A stretch of 64,000 bases of DNA, taken from Lama glama. Its lineage: Eukaryota. Below the pieces are notes generated by a model. It searched no databases. It was not told the DNA's origin and saw only the letters and a list, made by a program, of their open reading frames with translations. Location: assembly GCA_028534125.1 (NCBI GenBank), contig CM052827.1, positions 33,172,001 through 33,236,000 of the forward strand, in the 5' to 3' direction. Both the position numbers and the translations under genes were made by a program. Numbering within the stretch: position 1 is the stretch's first letter; every line of letters begins with the position of its first letter. Shown here piece by piece: positions 23,696 through 36,709 of this stretch.

Positions 23696-24300
23696 GTGGA
23701 GGACAAGCCTCAGAGATACCCCATCAAGGAGGACTGGTCCATGAGTGAGGTCTTGCCCGCAAGCCTAGGGGTGGAGCATAGTGCAAACTCCAGAAGCTCC
23801 AGCGCCACGCCCTGGCAGCCCCAGGGAAGCCCTCCGAGGACAGAGACGCAGAGAGTCCCTGTTGGAAGTGAATGCAGAGAAGCAAGTGCACAGAAATGGC
23901 CACTTGGGACCCAAGAGAACGAGATGGGACACTGATATCTGCTGCACTATGACACTAAAGAGATGGGTAAAGCCTTAGGACTTTCCGGTTCCCTGGAGTT
24001 TCCTGCCCTTTGTCTCCCCTGTTTCTCGATGCCTTCCTTCCCTCCCTTCAGTCCCTGGGCACCCAGCAGGTCAGACAGAGCCCTGAGGACCACCTGCTCA
24101 TTCTTGGTCCATTCCCTGTGGGAAGGAGGAGGGTGAAGGCTGGTGGGAGATGGTGAGTGGATTTCTATGTGGGGATCATGCCTTTGCCTTGGGGTCCCCT
24201 CACCCCTTGTCTCCACCAGCAGCCTCCTCCACCCAGCCCTTCCCCTACTCTTGATCTAAATCCAGTCCCAGGGACATGGAACAAGGTGTCCTTCCGGATC

Positions 24301-24319
24301 ACTCCAGCAGGGGGCGCTA
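24301..24319 (+). promoter_or_regulatory. CTCF motif (forward)
   Basis: actCCAGCAGGGGGCGCta, a near-perfect CTCF core. Confidence 0.65.
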
Positions 24320-24767
24320 GCTCTCATCACATGGCCATGGGCCAAGTCACCTGCTACTTCTCACCGGGCACACCCAGGCCTCTTGGCCTCACTCCTCCCT
24401 CAGTTTCCTCACCTTTCACACTATTTCCCCCCATGTGGAGGTCTGCTCAGCCTACTGGCCCTTGACCTAGGGTCTGTGAGGTAGATCTCTTCTCCCTACC
24501 CATCCTAGGCTGGATCCTGTTCTCTGGATCCCCATACTGGTCAGAGCTTCCTTCACGGAACTGACCTCCTGGACATGGTCTGAAATACCCCGCTGCTTGC
24601 CCCACACCAGATCCTGATGCTACATTCCTTGGGCAGTACACCTGTCACTGGTTCCTCCCAGGAGTGAGCTTACCCCTAGTTTGTTTCCCCATCCTCGGAC
24701 CCAGATATCTAGACATGGTTCCCTCTCCCTTAAGTCCTGGAGGCCCAGGAAACTCCAAAGTAATAGG

Positions 24768-24926
24768 CAGGACCAGCTGCATAGGCATGAGACAGACCCG
24801 TGCAGTGCGATGGGGCCCTGCACTTGGTTTAATGCTCTGCTGTCACCATCTTGCAGCTTTTAATAATTCTTATTAAGGGTTTCCCCATTTTCATTTTGGG
24901 CCCCACACATTATGTAGCTGATCCTG
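24768..24926 (+). mobile_element. MER91A-like hAT-Tip100 MITE
   Basis: TIRs caggaccagct / agctgatcctg; internal cttggtttaatgctctgctgtcaccatcttg...ttttcattttgggccccacacattatgtagc. Confidence 0.85.
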
Positions 24927-25549
24927 ATAACACATCACCCCTTGTCAGACACTCGCCTCAGCGACTGAATGGAAATGCCAACTCCTTACCCAAAGCGCTA
25001 GGGAGGGTGAGCAGTGTGACAACTCCCTCCATGCTCCCCCAGCCGCCTTCTCTCCTCTGCCTCTCCTGCCCCACCTCGCCTCTTCATTGTCCTGCCCCAA
25101 GAGTCTCACCAAGGACAGCAAGGTTGACATGGGTCAAGAATGGCCCACATTGGTGGGAAGAATCCATTCTGGTCCCTGCAATCACCATCTAGAACCTCAT
25201 GTGTCAGACAGCTCTTTCAGATGTGAGTTTATATTTTCATCCTCCAGTTTTCCCCTTTGCCCTCCCCACCCCCCATTCAGATGAGTTGCACTGGCTTTTA
25301 ATTCCAAAGCCAAAGACTAGGGTTTGAGAAAGTTCAAAAGAGGTCCTCAGAGATCCGGGAATAGGGGGAAAGAGGCCTATGTTCTTCCTCTCAGTCGGCT
25401 CCCTGTGCCTGAGATTTAGCCACACTACACCCCTGCCCCATTAATCAGGTTCAGATGCAGGGACTTCATCAGCCACCCTGACAGGAAGTCTTGAGCAACT
25501 GGAGATTCTCTGCCAGCATTTACAGCTGCACTGTGGCCACCCCAAAACA

Positions 25550-25705
25550 GAATTCCCAATCCTGGCTGTACATGAGAATCACCTGGGAGCTTTGAAATAT
25601 CGGCCTCCACCAGATATCCTGATTCCATTGGGTGCAGTCCAGGGATGGGGGAGCCTTAAAAGCTCCCCGGGTGACCCTCATGCACTGACAAAGTTGAACA
25701 GTGCT
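25550..25705. mobile_element. MER5A/B-like MITE
   Basis: cctggctgtacatgagaatcacctgggagctttg...aaaagctccccgggtga...aaagttgaacagtg. Confidence 0.7.
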
Positions 25706-26084
25706 TATCCAAGTGCTGAGTTGGGAGGCATCCTGAAGTTAGGTCGCATCCACAGAGCCGCACAGAGCAGCCAGGACCCACGCACCCTGGCACAGAAGTC
25801 ACCCAAGCCCACCCAAGGTCAACAGAGCCCAGAGCACCCAGGGTTCCGGGTGTTCTCAGGCCAGCTCCTCTTTCTGGTTGCTGGCTCTGCTGGGATCCTG
25901 AGTTTTAGCCCCTGCTCTGCACCCAGCTCTGGTCACTGGATCCCCTGCCCAGTCCACTTCCTTCTGGAGTGATCACTGAATGTAGATGGTAGAACCCAGA
26001 GGGTGGGGTTAGAAGCCCTGGACTCAAGTCCTGGCTCTGCCACTTACCAAGCACACTCAATAACCGGTAAGAATAGAAGACACT

Positions 26085-26490
26085 GTGAGGCAGCTGTTGC
26101 TTTTACCTGGGGAATATTCATTTCCTTTCATCCACCATATATGGTCTTGGTGGGACTATAGGTCCACATGTTCCCTCTCCCAGGCCAGAGGCAGACCACT
26201 GACCCACATGAGGCCAATCTGACTCACCCTCCCAGGAATGTGTATCTTGAGCAGAGTGACCCAATAATTTAAAACAAACTGTTCTATCCATTCATCCCAG
26301 TGGAGGCAGCCTGAAATCTGCTGGCTAAATCCCCAGGGGTGCCATCACTCCTGTTATTTCAGAGAAGTTTTTTCAGTTTTTTCCCTTTGTTTTTCTAAAT
26401 TCCCCACCCACATCCTCCCAACAAATTCCTTTTCAACCCAAGTTAGCTACAGTCAGAATCTGTTGCTTACAGCCAAAGAATCCTAACACA
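26085..26490 (+). mobile_element. Old ERVL-class LTR (LTR33/LTR16-like)
   Basis: tgaccc...ggccaatc...ccaggaatgtgtatcttgag...aacaaattcctttt...aagttagctacagtcagaatctgttgcttacagccaaagaatcctaac. Confidence 0.6.
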
Positions 26491-27668
26491 ACATGTCTTA
26501 TGTCCGTTTAACAGATGAGAAAGCTGAGGCTTAGGAAAGGCTAGGCTAGAGGTATGGTTATACATCCACTTAGTAATAGAATCAGAACAGAATAGAATCC
26601 AATCAGATCTCCTTCCTCAGCTACACATCATGCTACTCTCAACAACAGACACTGGGGAGCAAAGTGTTGGGCAAATAATTTCTCTAGGGGAAAATAAATG
26701 TATGGATGGATGCAGACAAGTCTTAGCAAATTTAAGATCAAAATCATACCAAGATTCTTTCCAACCACAGTGGTATGCAACTAGAAATCAATAACAGGAG
26801 GAAAACCGGAAAATTCACAAAAAATGTGGAAATTAAACAAATTCCCAAACAACCAATGGGTCAGGAAAAAAACCCCACAAAACCTGAAGCAAATGAAATT
26901 GGAAACACAATATGCCAAAACTTACGGGATGCAGCAAAAGCAGTCCTAAGAAGGATGTTTACAGCAATAAATGCTTACAGAAAGAAAAAAAGATCTCAAA
27001 TGAGCTAACTTTATACCTCAAAGAACTGGAAAAAGAAGTATCAACTAAACCCAAAATTAGCTGAACGAAGGAAATAATAAAGATCAAAACAGAAACAAAT
27101 GAAATAGAGACCAGAAAAACAACAGAAAATGAAACTAAGATCTGTTTTCTATAAAACATAACATAGACAAACCTTTAGCTAGACTAAGGAAAACAAGAGA
27201 AGGCTCAAATAAAATCAGAAATGAAAGAGGAGACATTACAACTGATACCATAGAAATACAAAGGATCATAAAAGACAACTATGAACAATTACAGACCAAT
27301 ATACTGGATAACCTAGAAGAAATGGAGAAAATCCTAGAAATATAAAACCTACCAGGAGTGAATCATGGAACAATAGAAAATCTGAACAGGACAGTAATGA
27401 ATAGAAATTGAACCAGTAATCAAAAACCTCCTAACAAATAAAAGCCCAGGACCCAATGGTTTCACTGGTGAATTCTACCAAACATTTAAAGAATTAACAC
27501 CAATCCTTCTCAAACTCTTCCCAAAAATTGAAGAGGGAACACTCCCAAACTCATTTTATGAGGTCAGCATTACCCTGGTACCAAAACCAGACAAGGACAC
27601 TACAAGGGAACTATAGGCCAATAGCCCTAATGAATATACGCAAAAAATCTCAACAAAATACTAGCAAA

Positions 27669-27797
27669 GTCGGGAGAGGAGGAGGCAGGGTAGAGCTCAG
27701 TGGTAGAGTGCATGCTTAGCATACATGAGATCCTGGTTCAATCCCCAGTACCACCATGAAAAATGAGTAAATGAACAAGTTTAAAAAAATAACCCTA
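27669..27797 (+). mobile_element. Vic-1-type SINE (outer, older copy)
   Basis: gggtagagctcagtggtagagtgcatgcttagcatacatgagatcctggttcaatccccagtacc; flanked by ctagcaaa at 27661-27668 and 27955-27962. Confidence 0.92.
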
Positions 27798-27798
27798 A

Positions 27799-27950
27799 GG
27801 GGGGAGGGTATAGCGCAAGTGGTAGAGCACATGCTTAGCATGCATGAGGTTCTGGGTTCAATCCCCAGTACCTCCTCTAAAAATAAATAAACCTAATTAC
27901 CTCCCCCCTTGCCAAAATAAAATAATAAATAAATAAATAATTTTTTAAAA
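27799..27950 (+). mobile_element. Vic-1-type SINE (inner copy, in the tail of the first)
   Basis: ggggagggtatagcgcaagtggtagagcacatgcttagcatgcatgaggttctgggttcaatccccagtacctcc plus aaacctaattacctcccc and an A-rich tail. Confidence 0.95.
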
Positions 27951-30913
27951 ACCCCTAGCAAACCGAATTCAACAGCACATGAAAGATATCATGTACCATA
28001 ATCAAGTGGGATTTACCCCTGAGATTCAAGGATGGCTCACCTTATGAAAATCAATAAATATGATACACTACGTTCACACAGAATGAAGGATAAAAGTTGC
28101 ATGATAACCTCAGTTGACACAGAGGAAGTATCTGACAAAGATACAACATTCTTTCATGTTAAAAACTCTCAGCAAATTGGGCTTGGAAGGAACATACTTC
28201 AATATAATAGAGGCCATAACTGACATCATGCTCAATGGTGAAAGGTTGAAATCTTTTCCTCTAAGACCATCAACAAGACTAGGGTACCCAGTCTCACTCC
28301 CATTGAACATAGTACTGGAGGTCCTAGTCAGAGCAACCAGGCAAGAAAAATAAGTAAAAGGCATGCAAATCAAAAAGGAAGAAAATTGTCTTTGTTTGAA
28401 GATTATATGATATTATATATAGAAAAATCCCAAAGATTCTCAAAAAAAAAAACCATTAGAACTAACAAGAATACTTAATGGGGAAAGGACAGTCTCCTTA
28501 ATAAATGGTTTTAGGAACAGTGGATTATCACCCAGAAGAATAAAATCAGACCCCTATTTTAAACCACTTACAAAAAGTAACTTGAAATGGATTAAAGACT
28601 TAAACATAAGACCTGAAACCATAAAACTCTTAGAGGAAAAATTTCCTTAACATTGGTCTTGGCAGTGATTTTTTGGCTATGGCACCAAAAGTACAAGCAA
28701 TAAAAGCAAAAAAATAATTAAGTGGGACTACATCAATCTAAAAAGCCCCTGTGTAGAAAAAGAAATAATCAACAAAATGAAGAGATAACCTACAGAATAG
28801 GAGAAAATGTCTGTAAAATGTATCTGATAAGGAGTTACTATCCAAAATACATAAGGAACTCATACAACTCAATAACCCAAAACGAAACCAATTAAAAAAT
28901 GGACAGAGGAATGAATACACATTTTTCCAAAGAAGAAATGACCAACGGGTACATAAAAAGATGCTCAATATAACAAATCATCAGAGAAACGCAAATCAAA
29001 ACCACAATGAGCTGTCACATCATCTGTGTTAGAGCGGCCATCATCAAAAAAACAAGGAATTGCAAGTATAGTCAAGGATGTGGAGAAAAGGGAACCCTCA
29101 TGCACTGCTGGTAGGAGTGTAAATTGGCACAGCCACCATGGAACACAATATGGAGGTTCCTCAAAAAATCAGAAGTTGAATCATGATATGATCCAGCAAT
29201 CCCACTTCTAGGTGTGTATCCAAAGGAAATGAAATCAGGATCTCAAAAAGGTACCTGCACCTCCATGTTCACTGCAGCATTTTTCACCATAAGTAAGATA
29301 TGGAAACAATGTAAGTATCCACCTACAGATTAATGGAAAAAGAAGATGTGCGATACATATAACAAACACACACTATGAAATGTTAATCATCCATTCAAAA
29401 AGAAGGAAATCTTATCTTGCCATTTGCAACAACATGGATGGACCTGGAGGGCATTATGCCAAGTGAAATAAATCAGACAGAGAAAGACAAACACTGTATC
29501 ATCCCATGTGTGGAATCTGAAAACATCAAAATTATAGAAACAGAATAGTGGTTGCCAGGGGCTGGGGGGTTGGGAAATGAGTAGATGTCAGTCCGTGGGT
29601 ACAAACTCCCCCTTAGTATAACATGAATAAGGTCTGGAGATCTAATGTACAGCATGGTGATTACAATATATAATAATATACAGTTAACAACACTGTATTA
29701 TATACTTGAAAGATGCTAGGAGAGTAAATCTTATATATTCTCAGCATTAAAAAAAGGAACTGTAATTACGTTAAGTGGTTGAGGTATTAACTAACCTTAC
29801 TATAACAATCATTTTACAATATATATGTATTAAATCATCACATTGTACATCTTGAACTTATACAATTTTGTCAATTACATCTTAATAAAGCTGGGAAAAA
29901 TAAGTAAAATTAGGACAATAGTTTAAAAAAGGAACCACAAAACTGGAGATTGTCCCCTTTTTTTATTTTTAAGGAATGTTTGTGATAATTGTATATAATT
30001 TTCAAGGTTAATGGCATCTTGATTCACAATAATGAAAGTCTCATTTATCTACATATTAGTGTCCTGAAGCTAGCTTAATTTACATAATCATAAATTGCAT
30101 TTCAACTATCCTCATCAGCTTGTTCCTCATTTGATGAAAACGTAAACGGTAACTTTATTTGGTCTCAATTGCATACATATTGCATTTATGCAGCATCAGA
30201 AAATAGCGTTTTAATCTACCAGCAAGTCGGGCTCATTACAAAAAAATAAGAATATGGGTTAAAACACTAAGTTAGTTCCCCAAATGTTTTTGAAGGCCCT
30301 GATCATTATGGTATTAAAACCAACTACCCAGTTGGTTTTAATTGTATTTGCTCAAAGCTGGATAAAGCTAAGGCCTCATGATAAAAATGTCCTTTAGACT
30401 CCAAGGTACAGGTAGCCAGTGGGTCACAAGATTCCAAGATGTTGAGGGAGGGAGAGGTAGCAATGTGCAGGGACACACAATGTGCCTGTAACCGGCACAG
30501 AGGACACTGCTGAAAGATTGAGAACTGGGGAGAAAACTGCATGTTATTTTGACCCAAGACAGACTGATCCAGTATAGAGTCAGCTCATGCAGATGTGGAC
30601 GCAGCCCTGGCCCCTCTGCCCCGACCTCATCACCTGGAGGTGAATCCCCTGGGCTTGCCATCTCCTTCTGACAGCTCCTTTCTTCTGTGATGCCAGGCTC
30701 TGAGCTGGGTGTGGTGAAGAACCCCAGATATGAGTGAAAACTGGCGCTGCCCTCGCAGGCAGGAAACAAGCTATGCACAGATAGCTCTGAGACAGCAAAG
30801 AGGGAGCCAAATGACCCCTCCTTCACAGATGCTCTGCGGGGTGGCTGGCCGCGCCATGCACGCGTGGGCACCAAGGCTCAGCGCAGTGGAGCCGCCTGTT
30901 CAAGTTCACCAGG

Positions 30914-31430
30914 TGTCTTAGTCTGTTTGGACGGCTTTCAGAGGTTATCATAGACTGGGTGGCCTATAACAAAAGACATTCATTTCTCCAGTTCTAGAAG
31001 CTGGGAAGTCCAATGTCAAGGCGCCAGCTAATTCCACGTGTGATGAGAGCCCGCTTCCACTTCCTGGTTCATAGATTTTTTTTTTCTTTTGGAAGTGGGG
31101 TAATTTGTTTGTTTGTTTGTTTGTTTGTTTATTTAATGGAGATACTGGGGATTGAACCCAGGACCTCGTGCATGCTGAGCATACTCTACCACTGAGCTAT
31201 ACTCTCCCCCCATTCGTAGACTTCTGTCTTCTGTGTCCTCGCATGTGGAAGGGGCAAGGGAGCTCTCTGGCACCTCTTGTAACAGTACTAATCCCACTTA
31301 TAAGAGTTCCACCTTCAAGATCTAACCTCCTTCCACAGGCCCCACCTCCTAATATCATCCTGTTGGGGTTAGGGTTTCAACATATGAGTTGGGGGTGGGC
31401 AAGGAGGGCACAAACATTCAGCCCATGACA
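30914..31430 (-). mobile_element. MaLR solo LTR, MLT1A0-like, interrupted by a SINE
   Basis: tgtcttagtctgtttgg...gctgggaagtccaatgtcaagg...ggccccacctcctaata...aacattcagcccatgaca; TSD ccagg/cccgg. Confidence 0.9.
31076..31211 (-). mobile_element. Vic-1-type SINE
   Basis: ggagatactggggattgaacccaggacctcgtgcatgct...ctaccactgagctatac; TSD ttcataga (31068-31075) / ttcgtaga (31213-31220). Confidence 0.95.
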
Positions 31431-32391
31431 CCCGGCCAATGCCAGAGTCACCATACAAGTCAGGAGGGGCGGGCAGAAAGCATTAAATGTTCATTAGGAA
31501 TGTTGAGCTCAGAAACCCAAGGGAAAAGCAGGTTGGAAGTGTGTTTGGATGCAGAGCCACAGTGGGACTCCCTGTGACATCACCCTTCCTGGCTGCCACT
31601 GCACTGGCGTCAGCCCGCACGTCAGTACCTACAGCTCCCACCTCTGCCGGGGGCTCTGCACAGCTCTTCGCAAGACGTGTGAAAAGCTGAAGTGAGAAAG
31701 TTGCATCTAACCGGCCAGATCTTCAGAGCCCCCTTGGCTCCCACCATCTCTGGGCTCCAGGGAAGTGGGACGCGTTTCTCACCAATCAAGGCTCTGACGG
31801 CTGTGTCCTGCATGTTGGAGGTCACAGCTCTCTGACCCGAAGCTGGGAGCAGATGAGACTGAACAATGGAGAAAATGGCCAGACCAGCTTGTTAGGTTTA
31901 AGGAATGAGTGATCTTAGCTGTGGACCAGCCCCTGTTCCCAAGGTATGGTGGGCAAGACGAGAGACTTCTCCAGGCGTCAAGCAGGCCAAAGTGGACAGG
32001 AGTGGTGCGTTTGTTTCCTGGGACTCCTGGCAGCCTGTCAAACCCTTTAGAAAAGGATTTTCAGACACTTCTGTTCTCGGTAGACCAGAGGTGGCACAGA
32101 GGGCAGGGGGACACAACACAACCAATTTACAGGATGCAAATTGGTGCAACATTTGTCATCTTTCACAGTGCTTCTGTGACATGCAGCCCAGCTAGGACAG
32201 CCGTGCCTTGTTAAGACAGTGCTGTGAAAGGCAGCCCTTCTCAAACGCGCATCTCCTGGGGAGCCCACTCCAACTGCAGAGGCCAGACCCCATCCCAGAC
32301 CCTCTGCATCTCTGCTTGGTGAACAAGCAGCCCAGGTGGCTCTGGGGGGGACCCCGATGAGAAAGCAGATCTTCATCTCTTACAACCCGTT

Positions 32392-32418
32392 CAGGACCCA
32401 GGACCCAGGACCCAGGAC
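32392..32418. repeat. (CAGGACC) x about 4
   Basis: caggacccaggacccaggacccaggac. Confidence 0.9.
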
Positions 32419-33879
32419 TCCAACCAGATTCCTACTCCCCTTGGTCCAAAAATGCATCTGTAATAACTTCTATCTGTAATACCTTCCGAGGGTAGCTTTC
32501 ACACCTGCCTTGCAAAAAGATTTGGTGAGCATGACCAAGACCACATTCCATAAGAACACTCTGCTGTCATTTACTCTCTAAAATGTACAGGCAGATATTT
32601 GTGGAACAAATGATACAGGCACTCAGTGATTTCTGAGCTCCAGCTTTTCCCTTCTGAAGACTGGTAAGGATCTTAACCAGGACAACCGAGAAGATACCCC
32701 CAGGCTCACCTGGTCTGCAAATTTCTACACAAACCACATTGTTCTTGTGACATGAATTGCACTGGGACATCTACTTCTTGCCCCTGGGTCCCTGGATCCT
32801 AAACGCTCGCACATCTGTTGCTTTGGGCAGGCTCCAGGGACCTCCTAATCACTGACGGGGGGTGGGGGGTTGTGGCAGCCCATGTTCCTGTGCACCTGAA
32901 TCTGTGTTCTCTTGGTACAATTGATAGCTTTCCGGGTACTGTGGCCCAGGGCTGTTCCAACTTAACCCTGAAGCCAAAAGTGAAACACTTGGAGACTGTG
33001 ATACATTCTCTGTGACATCATTAAACACATCCACTAGCAATATCTCAGAGATGATATTAAGGTAGTCCCTGTCACTGAAGGTATCCAAGAAGAAGTTGAT
33101 CTATCATATGTTAGGAGTGCCAGCAGCCAGCCGCCAGCAGCCTTCAACTAAAGGATTGGACTTCTTGACCACTGAAGTCCTCCCAACTCCAGGTGTGCTC
33201 GATTCTGCGGATTTCAAATTTCAAATTTGACTTTCACCACTGGAATCAAAAAGATTCTGCCCACACAGCTTTCTGATACTCAGACTGGTTTTGCACAAAG
33301 TGGTAAAATAACAATTAAAGATTTCCCTAAGTGTCAGGACCGTGAGGAACAAAAACAAATGAATCAACAAAGAATTCCTGTTCAAGGGTTTTCAAGCCAG
33401 CTTGTGTCTGTCACCAAACCACAGGTGGAATGCTAATAAAATTCAACTTGCAACAACAGTGTAACGATTTGTCAAAGAAGTATATCTATAAAATACATGT
33501 CCAAACATGACTTTTAATGAGCGTAAACTTTCTTATAAGAACATTATTAGAACACAGCAAAGGTCTCCTGAAGACTGAAATGAGGTGAAGTCCCCATTGA
33601 ATGGCCTTGGGAATGATCCAAGAGGCTGGTGGGCAGGTGTGAGAGCCACTTTCCTCAGATCCAGCAGGAGGGACCCTGAGAGAAGAAGCAACTGGCAAAA
33701 TGGCAGCGATGAAGTCACTGCATGTCTTTAGCCTAATTTGAACAGATGAGGCGGTGGGACCTTGCTCCAGCTTTGCATACCGACTGGGAATTGCAGCGGG
33801 AGAATTGATATGCTGGTGCATCCATCATGGTCAGAACACACAGTGTCCCGGAAGCACAGGAGCTGATCCCCAGCTGCCC

Positions 33880-34265
33880 ATCAGCCTCACTGCCCTGCCT
33901 GGGATGACTTGCCTCCTTTCTCAAACATACGACATCTTTCTGTGCTTCCATACTGTTGCCCGTGTCCTCTCTGCTCCTTCTCTCCTTATCTACCTCAACC
34001 TTGGTCCAAATCCAGATTCGAAAACCACCTCCTCCATGCTGTATTCCCTGATTTGCAGTGTAAGGTTGAACACTCCCACACTCCCTGCTGTAGGCCTTCA
34101 AACCTCCAAACCCTGTCCCTTGCCCACTCCTTTGGCACATCCCTCACTTTGCCTCCCAGATGGCTTCTCTTGCTAAATTAGAAGCTCTCTGAGGGCAGGG
34201 AGACAAGTCACAGGCTCAACACTGTATCCACAGTGTAGAGCACGGGCCAATCAATGCTCATGGAA
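33880..34265 (+). mobile_element. L2 3' region
   Basis: aattagaagctctctgagggcaggga...actgtatccacagtgtagagcac. Confidence 0.6.
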
Positions 34266-34484
34266 GGGAGGTGCAGGCAAAGGTAGAAGGCATCACCTCA
34301 CAGATCCATTGACCCAAAAGTCAGTGTTTTGGCCACAATATCTCCTTACCAGAAGGTCCTCACTGGGGTGGGAACATAAAAAGATAAGCCCAAATAACCA
34401 GCCATTTTCCAAAACTTCCAGAGATTTGGATATTATGCTCACGGCCTGAAAGGCATGGCTCCCTCCACTGGGATGTGGGCTTGC

Positions 34485-34690
34485 ATTCTGGAGTCAGGCA
34501 GAGTCAGAACCACAGCCCAGAGGGCCACCTTGCTGTGTGGTCTCAGTCACACAACCTCTCCGAGTCTCAGTTTCCTCAGCCGAGACAGAGCAATAACAGT
34601 AATTCCTCCCCAGGGTTGTCGAAAAAACTGTAATGAAATAAAATAAGTGGAAGCACCTGGCACTCAAGAGTCTCAATAAATGCCATGCTT
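34485..34690 (+). mobile_element. MIR SINE
   Basis: tctggagtcaggcaga...aacctctccgagtctcagtttcctca...cctggcactcaagagtctcaataaatg. Confidence 0.75.
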
Positions 34691-35647
34691 GTCCCTTTCC
34701 TTGCAGAGTTAGCTACTGTGAGATTTCAGATCACATGGCACCTCACTCTTTGCATCTGTAGAACAGACATGTGCTCTCAGCTTTAAACGACTGCAATGTA
34801 TAAAAAACAGCTAATGTATTAAAACATCAGTACTTCTAATGGACTTCATTTATTCCCAGTGTCATGGCAGTGTGAGACAGTCATCCATTCTTCCTGCACA
34901 GTGCAGGAATGATGATGTCATTTCTAAGAGGATCAAGAGATGGTCACCCACTGAGGACGTGCTATTAGCGGAGAAAACCGAGGCTGATGGAAGAGGCCTG
35001 TCTCCCCTGTGAGGGAGGAGGGGGCCGTGCTCTGCTCTCTGCTGCCCAGCGGGCCCTCAGCGATGTGAGTAAGAGGGGCTCGGGTAAGCCCCAGAACAGT
35101 ATTTTGAGGGCGGTAGTATGCTCCACACTTTACTGACGAGGAAACTGAGGCTCAGAAAGGTTTGCTGAGTCCTGATCCAGAGCTCTCTGCCCACCACCGC
35201 ACATGATGCTGCAGGAGGGAGAGGTGCATTATAGAGAAGGTGGGGACAGGTGTGAGACTCCCCAGTGCCACATGACGAATCTTACAGGTTTGGAATTACT
35301 GGACGATGCAACCCCCTCCACCCCAACCTCTCAGAGGGAGGTGCATAAAGTAGGAAAGTGGGGCTGTTGGAAACAACAGTACTCAAAATCAAATCCATGC
35401 ACCCTCCTATAATCCTCTGCAATGCTGGAAAAGTGCCAATGTTTGCATCCACATAGAAAATAAAAACAAAACAAAAAAACAACTGTACTCATGTACTCTT
35501 AGAAAACAATTTTCAGGGGTCTCTCAAGGTTAAATCAGGGAGATCTTGCATTCTAGACTCCCTAGTTCAGCCCCAAATATGCAGAATAATGATTCATTTG
35601 TCCCCACTCACTTTCAAAAGTATCCTGATGTAAAAGGTCATCCCAGA

Positions 35648-35805
35648 TCTGTGGTTCTCAACCTGGGCTACGCATTAAGATCACCTGGGGAACTCTGCAA
35701 ACATCTCGATTAAATCAAAACCTACGGGGTGAGATCCTAGCACTGGTCATTTTTTAAAGCTTTTCCTAGTGATTGTCATGCGCATTAAGGTTGAAGGCCA
35801 CTGTC
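35648..35805. mobile_element. MER5A/B-like MITE
   Basis: gtggttctcaacctgggctacgcattaagatcacctgggga...aaggttgaaggccactg. Confidence 0.75.
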
Positions 35806-36709
35806 CCAGGTGGAAGACACATCCTACCCTGGCATGCAAAGGTGAATCAGGTCGACGGACAGCGATGTGCAGGTGGGACCCCAGCTAGCCCTGAGCTGCC
35901 CTGCCTAGGGGGCAGCAGAGGTGAAGGCATGAAGCTGGTGCACAGGCCCCATCTGTGGGCCCGCTAGGCCGGCTGCCACTCACCTGTTTGCAGCCACTTG
36001 CCTGCCTGTGCCAGGAAAGGCCTGGGGGCTCCATGGCAGCTCCTGGTGAGTGCCGGCTTGGCAGTAAGCTAATTGGCTCCCAGAGAGGCAGGGAGGGAAG
36101 TCACCTGTTTCACCTTGAAGCAAAGCAGGAGAACCCGGACAGGCAGAGCTGTCCACACATTTTGGAAAGGTTCTGCCAGAGACTTCCATTGCAGCGTGGA
36201 GGCGGGCTTCCGGCACAGAGCGACCCCAGAGCCCAGGGTGTAGGTGCGTCCTGCGCAGGGCTTCTGGGACATATTGCCTCCAAATGTGGCCTCTGTCCTC
36301 ATGAATGCCACGAGCTGAGTCTCTGCCTTCTCATCTCACAGCAGGGAGATTCTTGTAGAGAAAAGGCCCTGCCATCTCCTTGTCCCAGCCTCGGAGAGCA
36401 GGGTCTGTCCCCAGGCACCTCCCCTGGGTTTTGAACCATTTCCGCAGCTCTGGCACTTAAGACCCCTGGCTGAAATGCATTTCCAAGAGCAGAAAATGAA
36501 GGCAGAGGTTTGAAAGAGGTTTCCTCTTTCTAAAGGCTGGTGAGCATCACTACAGTGAGACCTGGGTGGTGTTTGTGGCTCCCGGGCCCATTCTAGCCAC
36601 ATCATGCATTACATGTCTCGGTGTCTTCCAGACTGCGTCCCCATGAAATACTGTGTGGGAAGCTTCAGTATATGTGGAAAACCTTTGTCATTTGTGGATA
36701 TAACATTCA

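Larger units (their letters stand above)
26716..29910 (+). mobile_element. 5'-truncated L1MA8/9-like element (ORF2 plus 3' UTR), decayed, with an internal deletion near 28465
   Basis: ORF2 fragments QNLRDAAKAVLR and [26 protein letters not shown]...[11 protein letters not shown]; 3' end tctggagatctaatgtacagcatggtg...cttaataaagctgggaaaaa. Confidence 0.95.

Noticed and set aside
27803..27875. tRNA-Ala(AGC)-like cloverleaf (also at 3893, 8060-8129, 27685 and 31140-31211)
   Set aside because: These are SINE heads with A-rich tails and TSDs, not tRNA genes.
26716..29910. Possible active L1 / reverse transcriptase gene
   Set aside because: 5'-truncated, with many stops and frameshifts, an internal deletion and SINE insertions.
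34909..34987. C/D-box snoRNA (ATGATGA ... CTGA)
   Set aside because: No terminal stem, no recognisable rRNA antisense element and no host gene evidence.
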